Shown here one piece after another: positions 28,033-43,755 of a stretch of 64,000 bases of DNA. Source of the stretch: the human T2T-CHM13v2.0 reference genome, Homo sapiens. A model generated the notes under the pieces. It was not told the origin of the DNA and searched no databases. It saw only the letters and a list, made by a program, of their open reading frames with translations. The stretch is taken from assembly GCF_009914755.1 (NCBI RefSeq), contig NC_060938.1. One strand, given 5' to 3'. Position numbers and translations under genes: made by a program. Within the stretch, counting starts at the first letter, position 1. Each line of letters starts with the position of its first letter.

Positions 28033-29846
28033 CTTCAATGAATAAAGAGAATCAGTAGCAGGCAATGGAGGGCACATCCAGCTCAGCCTCTCCCACACCA
28101 AAACACCCAAGGCTGGATTCACACCACATCGCCAGCTGCCTTCCCACTGTCCAGACACAAAGCCCACACCATGAAAGAATCTTAACAAGATGGTCCTGTT
28201 TAAGCCAAGACAGGCCCAGGACAAAGATCCCTGGGCAGCTGCAGCACGGTTGCAGGGGGACTGTGAATCCATAGATACCCAAGCAGTCTATAGACAGGTA
28301 TGCATGTTTTGGACAAATATGTATTATTTTTTAAAAGGATGAGGATGCAAAACTCACTTAACATTACTGAATTCAAAATGGCTTTTGTTCATCACGTGTT
28401 TTCTTTAGTCAAAAGGTACTAAAACCAGAAATAATATCACATAGAAGTTCTCAAAATTTCTGACATTAAAGGGGTCTTCACTCAAGTCTGGATAGAATAT
28501 ACTTTTATTTCTTCAATAGGAACTAAGACTCATGAAAAAATTAAGTCATATATTTTTTAATTCCTTCAAAAGTTTGTGAGGAAGAAGAAAATTCCGAAGT
28601 TAATATTTTGCAATGTGAAATAAAGTTAATTTACTACCAAGACCAAAAGAAAAAAAATATTTAAATCAAGAGACTCAGGGTGACTGAGTTTCTCAGACCC
28701 AGCTCAACCCTACTCTAGCCCAGAGCTCAAGGGACAAACTGGAGAGCTCTTGCTCCTACAAAACTTAGTAGAAGAATCTGCCATCCCCCAAGGATTCCAT
28801 CGCTGGATTCTTACATAGCTGAGGTAGTTTGCCCTACATATCTAAACTTTCTGCTCAAAGGTATCTAGTGATTTACAAAGCCTAGCTTCAGAGAGTCAAT
28901 CCTTTATGAATCAAACTGTTATTTTTACCTTCGGCTCAGATCTGACATGGGAAAATCATAGATTTTGGACATGGAATCTTAGTGTTTAAAGGATTACCAA
29001 GGCCACTTGCAGGTTCAGGGCACTTGTAAGCCTAATATTCAACCTGAGAAGCTCTTTAGAAAGTCACTAAAAAATGTGGAAGGAGACTGCTGGCTATCCT
29101 CGCACTTATTTAATAGAAACATCAAGAAACACTGTGCTAGCTTCTAACACCAAGAATATGAAGTATAAACGGTTCCGTCCATTCTTCAGATATGATGTAA
29201 AATTGCATGAGAAGCAGGAAGTGTCATCACAGCTAATATTTACATACGCTCACTATGGGCCAGCTCATCCTCTCTGCACTCACAAAGATGAACTTATTTG
29301 GTCCTTGCCTCAACTCCATGAGATGGGTACTAATGTTATGCCATTTATAAATGAGAAAACATAACGTCACACAGCTAGGTGTGGTGGTGCCAGGGTTCAT
29401 GCCCAGGCAGTTTGGTGCCAGAGTCAAAGATCTTCATTACTACACTATGACTGCCTTGCCTGTGAAGAACCCAGACTCAGGGGAGAATTTGACCCCCAGG
29501 ACTCAAGCCCACGAGTGAGAACACAAGCACACTCCAGGCTCTCACCCCTCTTGTGCCCTGCCCAGAGGAGCCATCATACATGGCAGTGTGGCTATGGGGT
29601 GAGATCTGAAAATAGTTCTAGCGGCCCTGGAGTTGTATACAACTGTACTACCAGAGCTGGGTTATTCTGCCTGCCCCTGCTTCAGCATGAGCCTCTAGGC
29701 AAGAGAGTCCTGTTAACTTCTGCTCTTTCTTCTCTTTCCTCTGCTTTAAAAATGGAAGAAGAGCCAGGTATAAGCAGAACACCCTGGCAGAACTTTTTAC
29801 ATTTGGTTACTGCTTGGGCTACTTGCTACTCTGAGTAGAACGCCTT

Positions 29847-30075
29847 CAGGGGTTGGCAAACTATAACTGGTGGGTTAAACCCTGCCCGCCACTTGCTTTT
29901 ATAAGGTTTTACTGGAACATAGCCACACTCGCTCATTTACATGTTGTCCATGGTCTCTGGAGGCTTCTGTGTTCCAACAGTGGCGCTCAAGAGTTGTGAC
30001 AGGGCCATAGGAATCACAAGGCCTAAAATATGTATTATCTGGCTCTTTATGGAAAAAGTTTTCCATGCCTGTTCT
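29847..30075. mobile_element. MER58A
   Basis: caggggttggcaaact...ttttactggaacatagccac...aaggcctaaaatatgtattatctggctcttta. Confidence 0.8.
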
Positions 30076-30247
30076 AGGACGTTCCAGGAACTTGGAGGGT
30101 GAAAAACTGTTGTAAAGATCAAGAAGCTTGTAATTTCTCAGAAAGCAATCAAACACACGACAGAGAAAAAAAGTTATTTCATATCCTATGTTTAAATGGT
30201 ACATCCATCTTCAAGAGAGAAAGAATTTCATGTCATCTGGCACTTAC

Positions 30248-30401
30248 CCTTCATCTCCCGAGGCAAGCTCCTTCTGACCAAGCGTCCCTGGCCCCCACGT
30301 CCGTCCCTTCTTCTTTGGGGCCCTCTTCTCCTCCTCCTCCCCTTCCTCCTTTGGGACGACTGAGCTCCTGCCCCAGGTTTTGCTGCTTTCACCTGGTGTC
30401 A
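30248..30401 (-). CDS. MAP3K9: MAP3K9 coding exon (probably exon 8)
   Basis: Acceptor gattcacag|TG and donor GG|gtaagt; 154 nt; LTPGESSKTWGRSSVVPKEEGEEEEKRAPKKKGRTWGPGTLGQKELASGDEG. Phase matches both neighbours. Confidence 0.94.
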
Positions 30402-31138
30402 CTGTGAATCACAAGGGTTGGATAGGATCTAGAAAATGGACAGACAGGGCTCCCCCAAACTAGCCTCTATACCACCACACACACACACACATTTGGAGCT
30501 GCAGGGAAGTTAGACCTTATCAAAAACTCTGTGCCCAAGTGGACCCTTCCAGGAAAGTAATGGAGTTCTCAGCCACCAATCATTTAGCTCTCTCAAAGTA
30601 CTAAACATGGAAACACTTCTTCAATTTTCACAAATCCAATGTAAAGCTAGAGCTTAGGCCAGCCAGACATCAGAGTTCCAAACAGATCTGACTTTACCTG
30701 TTTTGTTGGGTGGGATTGGGTAGTGAGCAAATAAGGAGGCAGGTAAGGGGGGAAAAAAGACAAGGGGTAAGGAAGGCGTGGAAATGCAGGAATCTTGGAA
30801 AGAAAGGGTTGGGAAGAAAATGAGGAGTTCAAGGTTATGGAAAAGGAAGTCTGGAGTGGGAGAAGGGGAAGAAAGAGGCCTAGAGAAAGACAGATAAGAG
30901 AGGAGGAATATTTTTCTGACATTAATACCTTGGAGCAAGGGTTGAGACCCAAATGCCCCAGGGACTGTGCTTATATCATAAACGAGCAAACTAGTTACCA
31001 AAAAACAAGGAGTTGAAGGGGCTGAGGCAAAATATGGAGTATACGGAAGCTGCTATTAGTGCCAGCCAACTGTAGCCACATGAAAAAAGAAACCTACTGA
31101 TTTGATTTCATTTTTCAAGGAAAGCTAGAAATCTTGGA

Positions 31139-31432
31139 TTTTTCTTTTTTGAGACGGAGTCTCACTCTGTCGCCCATGCTGGAACGCAGTGGCGCAATCT
31201 TGGCTCACTGCAACCTCCGCCTCCTGCATTCAAGCGATTCTCTTGCCTCAGTCTCCCAAGTAGCTCGGACTACAGATGGGTGCCACCATGCCCAGCTAAC
31301 TTTTTTGTATTTTTAGTAGAGGCGGGGTTTCAGCATGTTGGCCAGGATGGTCTCGATCTCCTGACCTCATGATCTGCCCGCCTCAGCCTCCCAGAGTGCT
31401 GGGATTACAGGCATAAGCCACCATGCCCAGCC
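31139..31432 (-). mobile_element. Alu (Sc-like)
   Basis: TSD gaaatcttggattttt. Confidence 0.9.
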
Positions 31433-32044
31433 GAAATCTTGGATTTTTAAATAAAATCTGTCTTTAAACCAGGGAAACTAATTCATTCACATATAGGTGT
31501 ATGTTCACACACACACACACACACACACACTTACATGTATGTGTGAGTTTTTTTTTTAAGAAAATACTGTAGCAAAGATAAAATTGGTCCAGATTTGGCT
31601 TATTATAAAGTATATGGCAAGTTTCCTTAGGACCTATACTTTGAAAAAAAAACCCTTCCTTGGGAAGTGTGGACTAAAGAAAAACAATGATGCCCCAAAT
31701 ATGGCAAAGAGTGTGTTAGGTTCTCAGGCCAGGTAGCAACCTGTATCCACATCACACACCAGTTTCTAAATTGCTTTGCAAACCACTAAAGATCCCATTA
31801 GTACCCACAAATCCCTTTGCTGATATGTGACTAAAAGGTAGAGGGGGCAGTAGTAAAGTTAATGGAGAGAGACAAGGGAGAGGGCTAAGGGTTTGCGTAC
31901 ATATGTGCATGTATATACACATTGTCGAGGAGAGGTGGCAGAAGTTATGGATGGAGCAAGCCTGGACCAGTCGGTGGCTGGACAGAGCAGGGGACAGGTG
32001 CCCCTGTGTGTTCTGGCCCCAGCTAATTTGGGAAACAGTCTCAC

Positions 32045-32167
32045 ACTGGATGGCTCGAAGGCGAGGAATGATGGTGGGGCTTGCAGGAGGACTGGAGCGG
32101 CTGTTGATAAGACTCTTCCTTTTATCCATGGTAGGGGAGGCCTGCACCGTGAACTTGTGCTGGAAAT
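32045..32167 (-). CDS. MAP3K9: MAP3K9 coding exon (probably exon 7): second half of the CRIB motif
   Basis: Acceptor ccccaagcag|AT and donor T|gtgaga; 123 nt; [41 protein letters not shown]. Confidence 0.94.
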
Positions 32168-33099
32168 CTGCTTGGGGAAAGACAAACACGTGTATGCATT
32201 AACATTTCCCATAATTAAATTCATATAAGAAATATGACATTCCTCAGCATCCTTGAGGGACAGGCCCCAGTTTCCTGAAAAGCTCTTTGTTCACCTGGGA
32301 AATGTTCTCTTTTAGAATCATCTCTTTTTCCCAAGGGACATGGGGAGATGAACGTATAAAAAGATGGAAAATTCACTGTGCAAGTGAACTTCATCTGTGA
32401 GCTTCATAAAGCTGTCTATATAATGAATATAGTTCAAGCAGTTATGTATTAAGAATAGCTGTTTAGCTCATGAGATGTTGTTGATTATTCTAGGAAATTT
32501 AACTTAAAATTATTGGTTTCACATAATCTATTATCAGATAGATTTGGTCCTCTTTTCTCAGGGACTGAAGCAGGGACACTGATTCTTCTCACTAAGTGCA
32601 GGCACAGCAGGGTATCAATGACTAGCCCTTGTGGGAACCTAGGGCAGTGAGGGAGATGGAGCAAATGGCTCCAATTCGGACACATTCCAAAGGAAGTTAC
32701 AGTACAGCATAAAGAATGTAAAACTTACAGGTCTGAATTTCTGAGTTTCAGTCTCCTCATCTATCAAAGAGGTAAAATAAACAGCTGCTGCTTGCACCTA
32801 TGTCTCCCCATTAGACTGTGATCTCCCTGCAGGTGGGAACTATAGCTTTTCTATCTGCATCCTGACATGCAACAATATGCTGACACATGCTAGATGCTCA
32901 AAGGGTGCTTAAAGAGTCCATGCTGTCTGAAAAGGAAAAACAAATGTGCAGCAAGGGGACCAGCAAACACGGCTCATAAACATATTCACTCAACTGCATG
33001 GAATGAGTTCCCTTATCTGTACTTAATTAAGCCACCATTTTAGTGCTTAACATCATCTACTCCTGCCCCATTAGACCATTCTTTCTTTGTTCCTTACAC

Positions 33100-33423
<324 letters not shown>

Positions 33424-33699
33424 TAGGGCCTCATAGACTTAGAACACAGTGAATATCTTTATCTACATCAACACACATTTTAGCATTCGGCTCCCTCCAT
33501 GGATATATTACACACCACAAAGATTCTAATTAATAGTTTCATATTTCTTTATATTTTCCCCAAGGCTGCAGTACAACAAATGCATGTTTATTCAACTGAT
33601 GTGTGTGTCTGAAAGGTCACATGTAAATCTTATCATGTAAATTCTCATACATTAAACCCAGTCTCAACTGCACTCAGGGGACTAATTAAAAAAACGTCA

Positions 33700-33963
<264 letters not shown>

Positions 33964-34353
33964 CTTGAGACAAGTTATTTTGCAGAGCCAAAACTTCTCG
34001 TGTCTCACACATGCACACCCTGGAATGTTTTCCCCCAACTTCATGCTTCCTTCTCCAGGTTTGCCTAAAGTGAGATGTGCCCCTGTGAGCCACCAGGCTT
34101 CTAGCAGCCTGGACCTTGCCGGGTTGTCCTCACTTCATATTCTGTGTTCACTCACATGCAACAATTTCCCTGGAGTAGGGTAGATTTTCAACATGCCAGT
34201 CTTTCCAGTGAACAGAATGGCCCATTTAAAACAGGCTGGAGTTTGAGCCCCAGGGTGTCATGTTTCCAAGCTCAGTCCCGGGCTCCCTCAAACCCTCTGC
34301 CACACGAGTTCTTTGCCCTGCTCCCACTTCCCAGCCAGTCCCCGGCCACTGAC

Positions 34354-34594
34354 CAGAAGGGAGGCTGATGCGGTTGCCATCCTTGAGCTTCAGCCGGCTC
34401 TTCCTGAACTTGCCCTTGCGTTTCTTCACCCGGGGCTTCTCCTGGCACAGCTGGTGGATGATGATGTTGAGCTCCCGTTCCAGGATGTCAATCTCCCGCT
34501 CGGCCAGCTCCTGCTCCCGACGCCGCAGCAGTTCCTCCTGGTTCTTCTGCTGCAGTGCAGCCCGCGTCAGCTCCTCCTCCCAGGTGCGAAGTTC
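34354..34594 (-). CDS. MAP3K9: MAP3K9 coding exon (probably exon 6): leucine zippers, basic region, first half of the CRIB motif
   Basis: Acceptor atcctgcag|GAA and donor G|gtcagt; 241 nt; [16 protein letters not shown]...[24 protein letters not shown]. Confidence 0.96.
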
Positions 34595-34954
34595 CTGCAG
34601 GATGGGCAGAACCATCAGAGAAAAGACTGGGGTGCTCAGTGCAGAGGGGCTCTGGGGTGAGGCCTGAGAGCTCCCAGAGGGCTTATGGTGACCTGGAGAG
34701 CTCTCCTATGATGCTCAGTGAAGAGAGAGGACTCGATAGCTGGTAAATGAACATTAGACCACCTTGAATGGTGGGGAAAGGAAGGCTCAGAACAGCCATA
34801 CTGACGGGACAGTCAGAGAAGATAAAGCCATAGGTCAAGCCCTAGAAATGGGGGCTAAGAGTTTCTAGTCGCTCCTTCCTTCTTCATTAAAATTGCCTGT
34901 GATTTATATATATTTATATATATATATATATATAGGTTTGAATAGAAAATATAA

Positions 34955-35284
<330 letters not shown>

Positions 35285-35316
35285 AAATTTTTTCTATTAT
35301 ATAAAAGATGTTTTTT

Positions 35317-36369
35317 CACCAAATGCAATGGCAACAAAAGCCAAAATTAACAAATGGGATCTAATTAAACTAAAGAGCTTCTGCACAGCAAAAGAAACTA
35401 TCATCAGAGTGAATAGGCAACCTACAGAATGGGAGAAAACTTTGCAATCTATCCATCTGACAAAGGGCTAATATCCAGAATCTACAAAGAACTTAAACAA
35501 ATTTACAAGAAAAAAAAAAACCCCATCAAAAAGTGGGTGAAGGATATGAACAGACACTTCTCAAAAGAAGACATTTATGCAGCCAACAAACATATGAAAG
35601 AAAGCTCATCAACACTGGTCACTACAGAATTGCAAATCAAAACCACAGTGAGATACCATCTCACACTAGTTAGAATGGTGATCAGTAAAAAGTCAGAAAA
35701 CAAAGATGCTGGAGAGGATGTGGAGAAACAGGAATGCTTTTACACTGTTGGTGGGAGTGTAAATTAGTTCAACCATTGTGGAAGACAGTGTGGCAACTCC
35801 TCAAGGATCTAGAACTAGAAATACCATTTGACCCAGCAATCCCATTACTGGGTATATACCCAAAGGATTATAAATCATTCTACTATAAAGACACATGCAC
35901 ACGTATGTTTATTGCGGCACTATTCACAATAGCAAAGACTTGGAACCAACCCAAATGTCCATCAGTGATAGACTGGATAAAGAAAATGTGGCACATATAT
36001 ACCATGATACTATGCAGCCATAAAAAAGGATGAGTTCGTGTCTTTGCAGGGACGTGGATGAAGCTGGAGACCATCATTCTCAGTAAACTAACACAAGAAC
36101 AGAAAACCAAACACCTCATGTTCTCACTCTAAGTGGGAGTTGAACAATGAGAACGCATGGACACAGGGAGGGGAACGTCACACACCCTGTGGGAGTGGGG
36201 GGCTAGGGGAGGGAGAGCATTAGGAAAAATACCTAATGTAGGTGACAGGTTGATGGGTGCAGCTAACCACCATGGCACGTGTATGTAACAAAACTGCACA
36301 TTCTGCATATGTACCCCAGAACTTAAGAGTATAATTAAAAATAAATAAATAGTAAAAATAAAAAAAAAG
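35317..36369 (+). mobile_element. 5'-truncated L1PA (ORF2 C-terminus and 3' UTR)
   Basis: ORF2-like peptides ([31 protein letters not shown]), G-rich 3' UTR, A tail, TSD approximately aaaagat(g/a)ttttt. Confidence 0.93.
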
Positions 36370-37397
36370 ATATTTTTAAAGCAGAGCCAACTTAATCCAG
36401 CTTAAAATGTATCCACTGTACATAAATCATCCTCCAGGTAACATCTAACAATAAAATATAAATATGTTTCCAGGGTGGCTGCTCAAAAGCTAAGTGAGGC
36501 ATGTCATCTAAATCTTCATGGTCACTTGAGGAATGAATCCACTGAGGTATGTGGTTTCAACTCTCACCTTATCTTAAAGGACAATGATTTGCTCTAGAAG
36601 AATCACAAAAGCATAGCAAGGAAAAAAGAGAACATTTCCTGAGGTCTTTTTCAGGCACTTGCTCTAGAACCAAATTTGGCTGCTGCTCTATCACACTCCC
36701 CTGAAACAAACTGCTCAATGAGCACAGGAGATGTCACCCCAGAGCAGACCGTGCCCCTGCAAATCTGAAGGACAGTCAGTCACACTGCTAGGGGGAGAGC
36801 TGAAGCCAGAAAGCTAGAGGGTGGAACTGGGACAAAGTCCCATTTGGAATTGCATCTTGTGACCCAAGAACAGGCCCTTTTGTCCTGCTCTGAGAATGGA
36901 AGCAGGAGCCACATCAGATGGCAGAACCTCTTCCCTACCTCCCCTTTATCCTTACGCATGAGTTCACAAGTGAGCCCAGCACTGAATTCCTGGCAAGAGG
37001 GGAGGGGATATAGAATCAGGAAACAGGAAAGAAAACAAAGCATGCCTACAAAATTTTTAAATCTAGATTTTAAACTCTTAATGCTGGTTACCCTGGGCCT
37101 TGGATTAAAGTGGGGTGTGGGGTGGAACCTGGAGAGAGCCATGTCTGAAAAAGCAGGATATTTCTTCAGTAAAGGAGCCACAGCTACACTTCTGTGGTCG
37201 AAACCTAACTTCTTAATGAAATACTCACTATAAGTAACCATTCTGGATTAAAACAAAATAGTGTAGAAAGGGAACCTGGAGCTAGAAAACAAGCATGTGA
37301 ACCCATATTGGGGAAGCTGAGCAGCAGGTAAAAGTGGAAGAGAGGAAAGAGATCAAGAAATGAATACAATATTCTGATGCTATAAACTCTCCATTCA

Positions 37398-37808
<411 letters not shown>

Positions 37809-39163
37809 CTAGGTACTCAGTGGTTGAATAACTATTGAGTCAATAAATGAATGAAGAGAAATAATAATAGGAGATAGAGTGCAATATTGTGAATGCAATC
37901 CTTCTTTATGGGAACATAGATTTATCACAAGTTCCTGAGAGTTGAACTTGAACTACTTCTTCCTTGATGAAATAAACCTCAAATTAATTGTTGTGCGCCC
38001 TCCAAATCCTTTGTTTCTCTGTCCTATGACTTTGTTTTCATTACCAAGAGAAGAAAAATTCATGGAAGATGCAGAAAAAATATTCCTGGTTGGTTGATTT
38101 TGCTGTTAAGTGTAAAAGTTTAAAAATCAAAGCTAATTTCAAGCTTCCTAAGCCCTCGTCTCCTCCATGCTCTTGTCTAAGGGATGGTCTGGCTCTAAGT
38201 CACTCTCTTTAATGGAACACAAACCCCAGATGACACCAATGCATTCTCACAATAATACTTAGAAACAGTAGGTTGATCCAACCTGAGGAATTAGCTGAAT
38301 CATAGGGTAAATGAGGAAACTTGTGGAATATATGCCTATGACACCATTCACCTGGAGGACCCTTAAACATGTTGAATCTCCTACTTTTGCAACATCTATT
38401 TGTGTTGCACAGTTTGCAAATCACATCTTCCACATACAGAATGAGTTAAGAAGAATCTCTCCAGAGAGAGAGCACATCTTACTCTCACTTACCAAACAAC
38501 AAGCCTTATAACAGGGAGGCATCATAGCATGGTGGCTAAGAGAAAGGACTCTGGAACAAACTGCCTGTTCAGGTCCCAGCTTCACCATCATTAACTGTGT
38601 GGTCTTGGACAAGTTAATAAGGGCATCACATGTAATATGGAGTTAATAGCACTGACATCATTGACACAGACAATTATTATCTCATTAAATAAGATAATTC
38701 ATAGAAAGTATAAGAAAGCATGGCACATAGCACATGCTCTACAAATGTTAGCTATTATGAGTTTGACTTCCTAGTAACTACTTACTGACAAAATCCAAAC
38801 TTCATTTTTCTTACTGGCTGGTACCCTTATAATTTCATCAATTAAAAGAAAGGTAACCAAGGGTCAGTGATGCAGCAATCAAAAAAACAAAAGGCCAGCA
38901 ACTCTTGGGATTCTTCTAGCTGGAATACTATTTAGTGAGAGGAACAGTCTTTTGTAATCATTCTGCTCAACAGCCAGTGCAAGTCCACCCACCAGGGACC
39001 CTAAAGAGTCATTGTAAGCTCACTCCATTCTTCTAGAGAATGCTCATTGACTTGGCAAACAGTACTGTGTTCAGAATTGCTATGTTCCATAAAAAGAGTT
39101 TAATTCTTCAAATCAGCTCCAGAAATTATTTGTAAGTCATTTGTGTAGAACAAAAATGACACT

Positions 39164-39529
39164 TGATATGGTTTGACTGTATCTTCACCTAAATCTCATC
39201 TTGAATTGTAGTTTCCATAATCCCCATGGGTCATGGGAGGGACCAAGTGGAGATAATTGAATCATGGGGGTGGTTCCCTCATCCTGTTCTCGTAATAGTG
39301 AGTTAGTTCTCACGAGATCTGATGGTTTTACAAGGGGCTTCTCCCTTTGCTGGGCACTTATTTCTTCTTCCTGCCACCATGTGAAGAAGGACCTGTTTGC
39401 TACCATGATTATAAGTTTCCTGAGGCCTCTCCAGCCCTGTGCAACTGTGAGTTGATTAAACCTTTTTCCTTTATAAATTAACCAGTGTTGGGTATGTCTT
39501 TATTAGCAGCATGAGAACAGACTAATATA
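39164..39529 (+). mobile_element. THE1 (MaLR) solo LTR, antisense to MAP3K9
   Basis: tgatatggtttg...aaatctcatcttgaattgtag...tctcacgagatctgatggtttta...gagaacagactaata. Confidence 0.9.
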
Positions 39530-39842
39530 ATATTACAACGAATATCGGTTTTTGGAATCAGAAGACCCACATTCAAGATTCTGCTTCCCCACTTACTAAC
39601 TCTGTTACTTCAGGCAAGTTGCTGACCCTCAGCTCTGAGATGGAAACAATAATAACACCTGGCCTACATACTGATGGCAGGAGCCATAGGACTCCTGGAT
39701 AAAACAGACAAAAAGGTCTCATCAAATTTTTCAAGTGGAAAAAGTGGGAAACCATAAAGCCATAAACAATTTTAGCTATCATTATTATCACATGGCTATT
39801 AACTTCCCAAATTCCCATAGTGCAGAGTGAGAAAAGAAAAAA

Positions 39843-40131
<289 letters not shown>

Positions 40132-40725
40132 TTAACCAAATCTATAAAGACTTCTCTCTTGCCCCTAGCTACATCCCTTAGATTTAGTCCTGCCCCTATA
40201 TAAGCAATATAGTTGCATGTGACTGGCTTCACCTGTGTGTACACTGACTGCTAGGGACACACTGAGGGAACAGAAAGGGGCCATTTAGGGAATGGCCACC
40301 AAAACAAAAAAGCAGATCTCTGGTAGGCTAGGAGTCTCTGAACTCCCTGGTTGGTTTGGGCTTGAAATACTTTTCATAAAAACATGAAAAATGCCACACA
40401 ATTTCAGACCCATGTTATTTTTTGCCCATATTCTATTTCTGATTCTGATGTCAAAAGACATGGGAAGGATGTTCTGATAACTATCCTCAAGGTTGAAGTA
40501 TCCCTATATCAAGTTAACCTTCTTCTAGAAGTCTATTGTAGAATCAAGAAACATTTCCAGAACTTCTCATATTTCCAGCTGGCAGGGTGAGACATTCCAC
40601 TGTGAGAAAAGAAAAAAGGCCTGTAATCCAAGCACTGGGATTTTGCCCAACTGCATTCTTCGCTGGTTTGGACAATTAAGTAGATACCAAGCTGGAAGGT
40701 GGGCATGCTAGAATCAAGATGGTCA

Positions 40726-41067
<342 letters not shown>

Positions 41068-41926
41068 CTATTACATGGCCTCACTTCCCAGAAAACTACC
41101 TCTTACTTCTTCCAGAAACAGAGATCAGAATTTAGGTAACCTCAAATAAGGCTCAGGAAGTAAAGCAAACTGTCCACCATTACAACCATAAAGAGTGAAA
41201 ATGGAAATGAAATGCAGCAGTTCTGTACTCATTCCATTCTGGCTGTTAATTAAGGATAAGAAAAGCGAGCCCAAAGAGTTTTCTTGTACAAAGCACCACC
41301 ACAACACAATTTACCATGTTACTACCTGATTCAAGAACAGACAATGGGGAATTATGCCCTGGGCTTCAGTTTCCCATAAATAAATGAATTAGCCTTCCCC
41401 CACCCACAATGGGATGATGAGGAGGCGAGGATGAAAAGCATTCTAGTGGGAGTCAGGGAAATCGAATTCTACCTAATCCCAGCTCAGCCACTCTCTAATG
41501 AGGTGGCCACCTATCCACTCAACTTCGCTTAGCTTTAGATTCCTTACTTACAAAATTATGGGGTTTGACTAGATGACTTTTAGAGTTCTTTCTCCTAAGA
41601 TGTTCTTCACGTCTCTTAAGGTATTCAGAGGTCCTGACATAAAAGTTGCTGTACTTTCTGATTTTGCATTAAATGATAATATGCTGAAGTGCCGGATAGC
41701 AGGCTTTTGTTACTAATTTCACTTCTACAGTCCCTGGAGATATGACTGCTTGCAGCAGGGTGTGGATGTCATCTTGAAGAAGCCTTTCCAGTTGCCCAGA
41801 GGATTCCTCCTTAGGTGACTGAAACTTTATCTCCTCTTTCAGTAACTGATCTCACAGAATTGGCCAAACTCTACCCAGTGCTTACAAGAGGCAAAGTGTC
41901 TCCAGTTTGGTTCAGGCCAGGGCTTA

Positions 41927-42118
<192 letters not shown>

Positions 42119-42428
42119 TCAGGTACAACTTCACTGCAATAGCTCATGAGTCTTTTCTGAGCATCCCACATTCTCCCCAACAGATAGTGAGACTAATGAA
42201 ACAGAAATACTAATGTGATATAAAAGGGAAACCATAAAGCCTACTAGCTAAAAGCAAAATCTCTGGAGTCAAGCATACTTGGTTTTCAAGTTTTCTTCCA
42301 TAATTCCTTAGCTATATGACCTTGGGCAAGGCACTACACCTCTTTAAGCCTCTAATTCCTCATCTGTAATGCACGAATAACACTATCAGTCTGGCAAGGC
42401 TATTGTTGAATTAAATGAGCTACTATAG

Positions 42429-42929
<501 letters not shown>

Positions 42930-43416
42930 TAGCTTTACAAAAAGCAGAGTGCTAACCACTCAAAGCAGATTTTGTTCCTATAAAAGATTTCTTTAAATGC
43001 CCACTAGGTTGAATAGATTTCTGCCCCCAGATCAGCGTGAGTGGGTTCTTAACGGAGATCTCTATCTAATTCAAATGGAAAAGTTTCACAAGGGTAGACC
43101 ACATCGGTAGAACAGAGCAGCGCATCAGCTGTGAGAACTTCAGTGTGCCCTCCCTATCTTTCAAGTCCACATAAAGAATTTCTTTTCTCGTGTCCTGTGA
43201 GTCAGTGAATGTGGAGTACAAAGCTTAATGGAAGAATTATTCTGTGAATTCACGATCAGAACCAGACACAATCACACAGCACTCAGTCCTTCCAGGAATA
43301 AGTCAGGACAAGAAACCATAAGGCTATGAATAGTTAGAAGAATGGCTCTCCTTATGTTTTCAACACCAAATTCAACAATAAGTTTTGCAACCAGCAACAA
43401 AGGTCATAGTAATTTA

Positions 43417-43755
<339 letters not shown>

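Noticed and set aside
36780-37241. Overlapping 153-aa and 129-aa intronic ORFs
   Set aside because: No domain similarity or splice-phase link to MAP3K9; consistent with chance.
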